This document shows, in pieces, positions 56,190 through 64,000 of a DNA stretch of 64,000 nt. A model generated the notes under the pieces. That model saw only the letters and a list, made by a program, of their open reading frames with translations, was not told where the DNA came from and made no database searches. This DNA is from Candidatus Wallbacteria bacterium (lineage in GTDB: Bacteria > Muiribacteriota > UBA6191 > JACPRK01), in the NCBI GenBank assembly GCA_016190005.1, contig JACPRK010000139.1, forward strand, positions 24,717-88,716, in the 5' to 3' direction. The position numbers and the translations under genes were made by a program. Every line of letters begins with the position of its first letter. The stretch's first letter is position 1.

Positions 56190-56773
56190 GAGCGAGCGGC
56201 GGAAGCGCGATCGGCGATTCCACTACCCATGTAGTGCCCTGCGGGGGGCGAATTATTCCCGAAGCGAAGGAATCAGAGCTGGCGCCAGGCCTGGGCGAAG
56301 GCTGACCAGCACCCGCCGAGCCGAGCGGCGGAAGTGCGGGTGGGATCGAGGTCGGCCTCAGCCCTGCTGATGCCGCCGTCCATCTGCCGCGAGTAGCGCA
56401 GGTCGCGCAGCGGAGCGATACCGATCGGGGTGGACGCCGATGACGTCCCAGGCGAACGGGTTCGCCGGCATCGGGCCGGCAAAGACGGTCTCGGGGGCCG
56501 GTCCCCGGAGGGTGAGCCAGACGGAGGCGTCGTGGCGCGACGTGTAGCTGAGCGCAAGCATCGCAACCTCCTCGGTTGGGTCGATCAGCTAGAAGTCGAC
56601 GTTTTTTTCGGTGATGCGTGTGCCGTCGGCGGCGGAGGCGTCGACGTCGCGACGCTCGGGCAGCAGCCCGAAGGAAAGACCCAACCAACGGCACCGCTTT
56701 TTGGCCGCGATCGCCCGAGGCCAAGGCGTCCTTCCCTGGCGCTCTGGCCGCGCCGGTGAGATGCTGGGCTCCG

Positions 56774-59125
56774 ATGGGCGGCGGTGTGCACGTTCCCGGG
56801 TATCGGGTCCTCTCGAAGATTGCCTCGGGCGCTTCGGGGACAGTCTATCGCGCGCTCCAGGAGAACCTGCAGCGCGAGGTCGCGCTCAAGCTGCTCGCCA
56901 TTGGACTATTCGACGCAGAGGAGACCCAGGCGCGCTTCCTCCGGGAAGCCAGGCTGCAGGCCAGCCTGTCGCATCCAAACCTGCTGGCCGTGTACGACGC
57001 GGGGACTGCCGGTGGCCGGCCCTATCTGGCAGTGGAGCTGGTCGACGGCGGCAGCCTACGCGACCGGCTCAAGACCTCCGGCGCCCTCGCGCCCAGTCTC
57101 GCCGCGCGGCTGGCGGCAGCGGCGGCCGAGGGGCTCGCATGCGCCCACTCGGCTGGGATCGTCCACCGGGACCTCAAGCCCGAGAACCTACTCCTGAGTT
57201 GCGACGGCGTCCCGAAGCTGGCCGACTTCGGCCTTGCCAAGTCGATCTCGTCGCAGCAGAGCGTCCTGACGGCCGGCGGCATCCTCCTTGGCACGCCCGG
57301 CTACATGGGCCCCGAGGTGATCGAAGGTTCTGCGGCGGGGCCGGCTGCCGACGTGTACGCGCTCGGGGTCATGCTGTACGAGATGCTCCGCGGCCAACGT
57401 CCATTCGAGGGCGAGAACCCGAGCGTCGTGTTCCACGCACAGCTGAGGGGCGAATGGACGCCGCTGCCACCCGGGGTGCCTGGAGAGCTGGCGGCTGTCG
57501 TCGCGGATTGCCTGCAGGTAGACCCTGGCCTGCGTCCCGTGGCGGCGTCTATCGCGGCCCGGCTCGGCGAGGCGCTCGGGGCGCTCGACAGACCCGGGGG
57601 CGTGCGGACCATCGCGGCCCGTGCGGTGCCGCGCGTTCCGGTAGCGGAGGCGCCCACGAGGCTCGCGCGGCGCGACCCGCCGCCACCCGCACGGTCGAGG
57701 CTATGGTTGGCCGTACCCGCCGTGCTGGCGGCCTTCGCCATCTGGGTCTTCTCGCGCCCGGAGGAGCCGAAAGCTCCAAAGGCGCCTCCGGCGCTACCGG
57801 CTCCTCCAGCACCCGTTCCGACGACGCGCTTGCCCACAATCGCGCACTTGACCGCGGGCTCGAACGCCGTGCACCTCTGGCTACGCGAACCCGCTCCCCC
57901 CGGCTTGAAGCTCGCTTCCTGGAAGAAGGGCGGCCCCTTGCGCACCGTGCGCGACTTTCCAGCCGGGGCTTCCGATCATCTCTTCCGGGGGTTCGATCCG
58001 GCCGCCGAGTACGAGTGTGAGTTCACTGGCGCCGGCGCCACGGTGCCGTGCTCGTTCATCACACTGGAGATGGCCGGTCCCCAGGGTGGTATCGTCGTGG
58101 CCCGGGGCGGCAATCTCTTCGACACTATCTCGATGGTTCAGAACGGACCATCGCTCGGGCTCTTCTGGCGCCGCCACGACCAGGAACAGGTTCGGGCGCA
58201 GTTCGCTCGTAGCGCCGACGGCGGCGTCACCTGGAGCTCTCCCGAGACGCTCTTCCAGCAGGTCGACCTGTTCCCGGCGATTGCCCTGGGCGACGGATTC
58301 GCCGCCGCCACCATCTCGGGACGCGCTGTCGCCGGTGCGATCGCCGGTCCGCTCTCATTCCGGACTTTGGAGCCGGCGACATGGCGATGGAGCGCGCCTC
58401 GCTTGGCCGGCCAGGCCGCCCGCGATGTCGTGGCCCTCGCGCCAGCCGGTCATTGCTTCGCCGGCGTAGGAACCCCTCCGCACGGCCTAAGGCTCGCCAG
58501 CACGCGCATCGACAAGCCGGAGGTCCCTGCGTTGACACCCATGTTCGGGCTGCCGGCCTTGTCGGGGTCACTCCGCCTGGTCTCTTTCGAGGGCCGCTGG
58601 TATGGCGTGCTGCGTCGACCGATGGCCAACGCACTGGGGATGGAGCTGGCATTCCTGGAATCGGACGGCCCGACCCTGGAGCGTTGGAAGCCCGAGGTCG
58701 TGCTATCGACGCCCGGAATGGACGTGATTGACGGCGACATCTACGCCAGTAGCGCGGGCATCATCGTCTCCTACGAGGCCGAATCTTCCGTTCACACCCG
58801 GATCCGCGCGCGAGGCTCGGGCGGGTTCGGCTCACCCCAGCGGTTGGGCAACGCCAGGATGAGTCAGAGCGGGCCCCGGTTGCTGACACGCCAAGGAGCC
58901 CCGGTCCTCGTGACGGTTCGGACTAACGTGCTCGTGATCACGAAATCGATCGACCTCTGGACGAGCCCCACCGACTTGGGTTTCATCGATCACCGCAGGT
59001 TCCACCTGCCGATGGAACGGCCCGCCGACCTTGCGTACGTGTTCCAGGGGGAAGACATCGTCCTCGCTGGCTACGAGAAGCCCGACAGGCTCGTCTGCTA
59101 CGTGCTGCCGTATCCGAAAGGTTGA
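56774..59125 (+). CDS. serine/threonine protein kinase fused, via a transmembrane segment, to a C-terminal BNR/beta-propeller-like domain
   Basis: Hanks motifs GSGASGTVYRA, VALKLL, HRDLKPENLLL, DFGLAKS and GTPGYMGPE. Transmembrane helix LWLAVPAVLAAFAIWVF. A C-terminal SADGGVTWSSPE BNR-type motif within a ~450-aa beta-rich region. Confidence 0.75.
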   Translation: MGGGVHVPGYRVLSKIASGASGTVYRALQENLQREVALKLLAIGLFDAEETQARFLREARLQASLSHPNLLAVYDAGTAGGRPYLAVELVDGGSLRDRLKTSGALAPSLAARLAAAAAEGLACAHSAGIVHRDLKPENLLLSCDGVPKLADFGLAKSISSQQSVLTAGGILLGTPGYMGPEVIEGSAAGPAADVYALGVMLYEMLRGQRPFEGENPSVVFHAQLRGEWTPLPPGVPGELAAVVADCLQVDPGLRPVAASIAARLGEALGALDRPGGVRTIAARAVPRVPVAEAPTRLARRDPPPPARSRLWLAVPAVLAAFAIWVFSRPEEPKAPKAPPALPAPPAPVPTTRLPTIAHLTAGSNAVHLWLREPAPPGLKLASWKKGGPLRTVRDFPAGASDHLFRGFDPAAEYECEFTGAGATVPCSFITLEMAGPQGGIVVARGGNLFDTISMVQNGPSLGLFWRRHDQEQVRAQFARSADGGVTWSSPETLFQQVDLFPAIALGDGFAAATISGRAVAGAIAGPLSFRTLEPATWRWSAPRLAGQAARDVVALAPAGHCFAGVGTPPHGLRLASTRIDKPEVPALTPMFGLPALSGSLRLVSFEGRWYGVLRRPMANALGMELAFLESDGPTLERWKPEVVLSTPGMDVIDGDIYASSAGIIVSYEAESSVHTRIRARGSGGFGSPQRLGNARMSQSGPRLLTRQGAPVLVTVRTNVLVITKSIDLWTSPTDLGFIDHRRFHLPMERPADLAYVFQGEDIVLAGYEKPDRLVCYVLPYPKG

Positions 59126-59389
59126 GAGGTGTTGACAAAAGGAATCAGAAGCCGCTCTGGATGCGGGTTATCAAGGCGCAAGCCGGTCAGAGCTGGCTGA
59201 GCGCAAGATCCGACTAGATCGGCTCCAGGAGCGGGCTTAGCGCGTGTCGAGTTCCTTACTATGTCAACACCCTCTTGAACGAGATGGACACAATTCTCAA
59301 GGCTCAGACCTGCCGCGGCGTCCAGTTCCGGACGGGATCCATGGCCCTCCGGACGCGTAACTATACTGGCGCTCCTGGTGCCGCTGTTC

Positions 59390-59551
59390 ATCAACGCGTT
59401 GACGCGCACGCTCGACCTGGCGCAGGCGATGGACGTGCGCTGCTACAAGGCGGGCGGTGTCCGAGGCCGCTTCCGGGTCTACCCGATCGCCGAGGCCGAT
59501 CTCGTCGCGCTGGCTGCCGCCAGCGCGCTGTTCCCGCTTCTCTTCCGCTAA
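59390..59551 (+). pseudogene. possible C-terminal remnant of an ECF-transporter T component (EcfT/CbiQ-like)
   Basis: Frame ...LALLVPLFINALTRTLDLAQAMDVRCYKAGGVRGRFRVYPIAEADLVALAAASALFPLLFR-stop resembles the EcfT C-terminus, including the LAxAMxxRGY signature. No start codon or upstream body was found. Confidence 0.25.
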
Positions 59552-59657
59552 TGACGACCAAGGGCCCCTGGAGAAGGCGGGGGAAGTCGAGGGCTACGGC
59601 GGGAGGCCGCGCGCCCCGGCGCACCCTCCCCCGAGTTTCGCGAATCCCGACGGTGCC

Positions 59658-59996
59658 CTACTCGGTCAGCAATCCGGAGGCATCGAGCAGCGAGTCCGCC
59701 CATTCGTGTGCCGTCTTGCACAACTCGGAACGCCTGGACTCCTCCTGCGCGATGGCGTTCCAGTTCGAGGACCATCTGGTCAAGAGGCGTTGACAGTCTG
59801 CGAGCTGAGCTCCTACTTCCGTGTCGGTATCAGGAGCAGCCCACTCGACGAAGTAGCGTGTTTCTTGGAGCACGGCGAGTACCAGCCCGCTACTCTTTCC
59901 GTCCTGGGAGAATGAGGAGATACGCTCCAGATTCGCGGCAATCGCTCCGAGGCGCGTAGACTTGGCAAGCCGCTGAAAACGCTCCTGGCCAGTCAT
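59658..59996 (-). CDS. hypothetical protein
   Basis: 112-aa ORF with protein-like composition (MTGQERFQRLAKSTRLGAIAANLERISSF...). No recognised family. Confidence 0.4.
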   Translation of the reverse strand: MTGQERFQRLAKSTRLGAIAANLERISSFSQDGKSSGLVLAVLQETRYFVEWAAPDTDTEVGAQLADCQRLLTRWSSNWNAIAQEESRRSELCKTAHEWADSLLDASGLLTE

Positions 59997-60014
59997 CCTC
60001 GTGTCACTCCTGCG

Positions 60015-60359
60015 TCAGGAGGTTGCGCGCGATCGATTCGACCATCGCGCGGGTCTTCTCGTCCTGGATGACCATGGAACGGTTCCCCTGACGCGGTCTG
60101 ATGTTGATGGGGCTTCAAAGGAAATCTTCCGGGTACCCGGCTCCCAATCTGCGCCCCAGATATCAACCTGATGACTGCCGTTCTCCAGGAGCAGTTCCTC
60201 GCAGTCGGCATGAAACTCTCCGCCACCGGACAGAATCCCTCTCCGCACATCAACAGCCAGTTTGATGAAACGGACGTGGAAGGAGAGCATCTCCTGAATC
60301 TCCTGGTCGGTAGCCTTGGAGCGAATCAAATGAATTCTCACGCTGGATTCGACGCTCAC
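60015..60359 (-). CDS. hypothetical protein, locally low-GC
   Basis: MSVESSVRIHLIRSKATDQEIQEMLSFHVRFIKLAVDVRRGILSGGGEFHADCEELLLENGSHQVDIWGADW. The Ile/Lys/Phe-rich composition is unlike the neighbouring genes. The C-terminal ~30 residues look degenerate, so a frameshift is possible. Confidence 0.4.
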   Translation of the reverse strand: MSVESSVRIHLIRSKATDQEIQEMLSFHVRFIKLAVDVRRGILSGGGEFHADCEELLLENGSHQVDIWGADWEPGTRKISFEAPSTSDRVRGTVPWSSRTRRPARWSNRSRATS

Positions 60360-60683
60360 TCAGTGATGATGTTGCCTGACCGACTGCAACTCAGCTGCGG
60401 TTTCCAGAACAAGTCTCGCTCGAGCCTTCATCGTGATCGCCTCGCTTTCCGGCGTTCTCGACCTCAGCCAGCATACCGCAAGATGTTGGCGGCGCTCGAC
60501 GGCTTCCGTCACGCATGGAGATCCGGCGACCTGGAGGCCATAGCGACAACCGCCGCCCGGCTTGCCAAGGACCGGCTCGCGTCTGAGCCGCTGCTGGCGA
60601 CCTTCGCCGACGTCGCCAGACGGGCGCTGGAGAGGCGCTCGAAAACCTGTTGAGGCAGCCCCTGCTCGATTTCTCGATCCGGC

Positions 60684-61940
60684 TCAGTCGAGGGCGGCCT
60701 GGCCAAGAAGAGCCGACAGTGGGATTGCCCAGATGCGCTTGCCGATCTGCTCGGCGACGCGACCGCAGTGGAGGACGACGCCGTGGGGTGCGAGGGAGCC
60801 ATACTGTTCGAGGAAGACGCGCATCGATCTGAGATCGTCTTGCCGCACCCGAGAGGCCGACTTCACCTCCACGGGAAGAACCCGATCCGACGTTTCGACG
60901 ACCAGATCGACCTCTTCGCCCAGCGTCGTCCTCCAGTACATCGCTTCCGGCCTGGGAACCTGCTGTTCACGCCAGGACAACAGGTCGGAGAGGACGAGGT
61001 TTTCGAGTAGAGGCCCGATCAGATTGCTTCGGGCAAGCTCAGTCTCGCTGCGAGCGCCCGCGAGAAACGCCGCCAATCCGGAATCGCAGAAGTAGAGCTT
61101 GGGGGCCTTGATGAGCCTCTTCGTGCGATTCACCGCAAAGGCAGGGAGCCGGTATACCAGAAACGATGTTTCCAGCAAGTCGAGATACCGGTGCGCCGTC
61201 GCCTGCGGCAAACCCACGTCCCGGGCCATCTCGGACTGGTTCAGAACACAGCCCGAGCGAAGAGCGGCCGCTCTCATCAAGCGCCGGAAATCGACGAGAT
61301 TATGAATCGACGCAAGGGCGTGCAGATCGCGCTCTATATAGGTCCGAACATAGCCGTCGAACCACTGCAGCCCCTCGGAGGCGTTCCTTGCCAATGCCGG
61401 CCTGGGGAAACCGCCGGCCAGGACGGCAGCAGCGATCGCATCGGCCGGTGGGTGCTCGCCCTCCATGCGCGAGGGATCTTCGAGGAGCGTCTGCCAGGCC
61501 CCCGAGCTGGCCTTCCCTGCCCGTTCGCCGTGTGTGAGTGGGTGCAGTGTGAAGTAGGCAGCGCGGCCAGCCAGCGATTCGGATACGTTCCGCATCAGGG
61601 ACAGGTTCGCCGAGCCGGAAAGCAGGAATTGCCCGGGCCACCCACGCTCGTCGACCACCCGCTTGATGGCCAAGAGCAGCTCGGGACTTCGCTGGATCTC
61701 ATCGAGCGTGAGCGGCCGGCCGGTGGATACGACTGAATCCGGATCGCTCTTGACTCGTTCGAGCAGGTCGAGATCGTCGAGCGTGCGGTACTCACGGTGT
61801 GGCGGCCCGAGCAAGAAACGAATCAGCGTGCTCTTTCCAGTCTGGCGCGCTCCTGTGACGACCACTACCGGAAAGGCGGCCAGCGCCTGCTGGATCGGCC
61901 CGGCAAGCGCCCTGGGGAGCTTCCGTGTCAATTTATTCAC
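60684..61940 (-). CDS. AAA-family ATPase with C-terminal DUF4143 domain
   Basis: Walker A VVVTGARQTGKSTLI, Walker B/arginine region, and C-terminal ...KLYFCDSGLAAFL typical of DUF4143 proteins. Confidence 0.8.
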   Translation of the reverse strand: MNKLTRKLPRALAGPIQQALAAFPVVVVTGARQTGKSTLIRFLLGPPHREYRTLDDLDLLERVKSDPDSVVSTGRPLTLDEIQRSPELLLAIKRVVDERGWPGQFLLSGSANLSLMRNVSESLAGRAAYFTLHPLTHGERAGKASSGAWQTLLEDPSRMEGEHPPADAIAAAVLAGGFPRPALARNASEGLQWFDGYVRTYIERDLHALASIHNLVDFRRLMRAAALRSGCVLNQSEMARDVGLPQATAHRYLDLLETSFLVYRLPAFAVNRTKRLIKAPKLYFCDSGLAAFLAGARSETELARSNLIGPLLENLVLSDLLSWREQQVPRPEAMYWRTTLGEEVDLVVETSDRVLPVEVKSASRVRQDDLRSMRVFLEQYGSLAPHGVVLHCGRVAEQIGKRIWAIPLSALLGQAALD

Positions 61941-62222
61941 GAAGTGAAGGATATTCCTTCATTAACTGATTCTCAAGGAAAGCAGACCGATTCCGCAGCG
62001 AGCCGGGACCGAATGTCACGTTGCCCGGCGCGGTGAGGCCTTGGCAGCGATGCAGCTCCGCTGGGTCGTGATCGACTTTTTGGGGGCCATCCCGGAGGTC
62101 GCCTCGCGCCTCGTGTCGCAGCCGGGCTGACCCATCAGAAGACGCCCTTCGAGGCGGAGGCGCCGATCTCGTCCCGGCGAAGAGACATCGAGTGTGCCCG
62201 ACGCGCTATGCTTGTGCGCCAG

Positions 62223-64000
62223 TGAGCGTCGAGGGAGTCAACGGCACCGGTTACCCAGACTCGCTCTCCGAGCTGATCGCCCGCTGCGAGGCCGTCATGG
62301 AGAGCGCTTCGCCGCGGGCCAAGATGGCCTTCGGCGCGGCGATGTGGCAGCTGGTCCGAGGCGCCGGCTCCGAGAGCGTGCCAGCTTCGACGGCCCGGGT
62401 CGACAAGAACGTCTTCCCCGCGGGCGCCGCAGCCGACGCTCTCCTGAAGGCCCTGGCCGTTTGCGGCGGCGTGCGCGAAACCGAGGACGACAGCGGCAAC
62501 GCCGCCTGGGCGCTGGCCTCGCCGGCCATCATGACCGACTGGCCGCGCCTGCGCGAGTTCATCCGCGCCAACAGCGCCCTCCTGAAGACTCGCGACGAGG
62601 TCGCGGAGAAGGCCCGAATCTGGACGTCGCGCGGCGTGCAGCCGCAGGATCTCATCCCTCCGGGCCCCGTCCTCGAGGCATGCCGGGAGCTGCTTGAGCT
62701 GATGAAGGGCCGGCTGCTGCCAGCCGAGGTCGACTTCATCGAAGCCTCTCTGTCCGAGGAAGACCGGCAGCTCTCGAAACACCTCAGCCACCGCATCAAG
62801 AAGCGGCTCCGACCCCTCGTGCGGTTCGCCAGGTCCCACCCTTCCCTTTGTCTCTTCGGAGTGTTCTTGCTGGTCCTCTCCCAGGTCTGGCCACTCTTGC
62901 CGCTCGAGGCCATCTCGGACTTGCTTCGTCGGCTGCGCAAGGACTTCAGCGCCCCCAGCAGCGGCGGTCCGGACCCGACGCTGGCCGATTTCGTCTCCCA
63001 GACCCGACGCGGCCTCTCGAAGCTCCCCAAGCCGAAGAAGGCGCCCAAGCCCGGCGACGGCGACGGTCAAGAGGAACCCGAGTCGGGTGGCAAGAAGTCC
63101 TCGTCCGACAGCGGGCCGGATCCCGCGGATGGCAACGACCCGGAGTCCCCGGAAACTTCCACCGCCGGGCCGGCAAAGAAGGCGGCCGAGCTCCACAAGC
63201 CCACCGCCGACGAGCTGGCCCGAGAGGCGCTGAAACGAATCGACGCCGCCCGCAAGGACCGCCGGGAGCCGGACGCGGCCGCCAAGATGATGCTTCGGGT
63301 CAGCCTCTCCATGGGTATGGACCAGGGCGCCGTCTGCACCGGCTCCGTCGCCGTCGAGTGCGCTTCCTTCAGCCCCTCGGGCGCTGTCGTCCTGACGGGG
63401 GACCGGGACGGCTGGCTGCGCGCCTGGAGCAACGCCCCGCAAGGACCGCCGGCGCTGGTCAGACAGACGCAATCCGGGCTAGGGCCGATCACCTTCCTGC
63501 GAGTCGCCAGGAGCGGAACCACCGTCGCCGTGAACGAGCGGGGCAGCTTTAGGCTCTTCGACTCCCGCGGACAACCTCAGGGGCCCGTCACGACAACGGT
63601 GGGGAACGGCGTGGTAGTCGCGTGCGTGGCGGCATCCTCCGACGCGCGATGGCTGGCGCTGGGCAGCGAGGCGGGTGCGATCCGGGTCGAGCGAACGGGC
63701 AGCACGACTCAGCCGACGCGGCTGCAGGCCAGCTCGGGATCGGCCACGGCGCTGGCAATATCCGACGATGGCGCCTACCTGGCATGCGGAGGCGACGGCG
63801 GACAGGTCGAGATCTGGGACGTCCGGGAGAAGCTGCTGAACAGCTCGCTCGACATCGGCGCGCGGGTCCGGGCGCTGGCGTTCACGGCCGGCGCGGAGCG
63901 GCTGATCGCGGCAGCGGCAGACGGCACGGTGAAGAGCTGGAAACGCGAATCGCCGAGCGACAGGCCAGCGCACAACCCGGGCAGATCGCCGCTCGCCTGG
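62223..64000 (+). CDS. hypothetical protein with N-terminal helical domain, transmembrane segment and C-terminal WD40-type repeats; 3-prime end beyond window
   Basis: Open frame from about 62193 or 62223 (GTG) to the window end. Hydrophobic segment HPSLCLFGVFLLVLSQVWPLLPL, a Pro/Lys/Asp-rich linker, then repeats (...VLTGDRDGWLRAW..., ...LACGGDGGQVEIWDV..., ...AAAADGTVKSWK). It has no in-window stop, so it is not in the ORF track. Confidence 0.55.

Noticed and set aside
53425-56724. 1099-aa minus-strand ORF
   Set aside because: Alternate frame of the RND permease gene. It is Arg/Gly-rich with no transmembrane helices, whereas the 53079-56189 frame has the 12-helix RND architecture.
62135-63472. 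445-aa minus-strand ORF
   Set aside because: Antisense of the WD40-protein gene. Junk composition.

Overview
This 64-kb window is a high-GC (~68%) bacterial chromosomal segment; the gene content suggests a Gram-negative soil or sediment organism, possibly Acidobacteria-like. It is densely coding, mostly envelope, redox and signalling functions. Because GC is so high, the six-frame ORF track is full of long spurious antisense ORFs. Calls below rest on the translated proteins rather than ORF length.

Recognisable genes include:
- a TonB-dependent receptor
- a hybrid receiver/histidine kinase and two paralogous sensor kinases
- three ECF sigma / anti-sigma pairs
- a PiT phosphate transporter with a porin O/P
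- a TolC/MFP/RND efflux pump
- DsbD and several TlpA-like redoxins
- a CsoR-regulated MerT-MerP-like metal transporter
- VapBC and HicAB toxin-antitoxin modules
- tRNA-Leu(CAG)

The most notable loci are:
1. A bufferin-like RiPP operon at 23.4-26.5 kb. A signal-peptide precursor carries a tandemly duplicated 12-Cys core, followed by an MNIO/DUF692 enzyme and a DUF2063 partner, with a divergent ECF sigma factor.
2. A cluster of three genes at 36.6-41.2 kb, each with an in-frame TGA exactly where a conserved redox cysteine belongs. The genes are DUF3179 (YxPLx), a peroxiredoxin-like protein (WxPYC) and an AhpD-like protein (CHYx). Each TGA is followed 10-13 nt downstream by a stable hairpin with a GG-containing loop. 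Together these look like selenocysteine codons with bacterial SECIS elements, and DUF3179 may be an undescribed selenoprotein family.
3. A radical-SAM/SPASM enzyme fused to an ArsM-type arsenite methyltransferase with all catalytic cysteines, close to a PiT/OprP phosphate and arsenate uptake pair.
4. A secreted protein with a PI3/PI4-kinase-like catalytic loop.
5. A DedA/TVP38 + flavin disulfide oxidoreductase + DUF2064 + GT2 module present as two rearranged copies, each damaged.

Several apparent frameshifts and nonsense codons were seen (DedA copy 1, sensor kinase copy 2, the 47.6-48.5 kb gene). They may be real pseudogenes or assembly errors. All coordinates were worked out by hand, so boundaries may be off by a few nucleotides.
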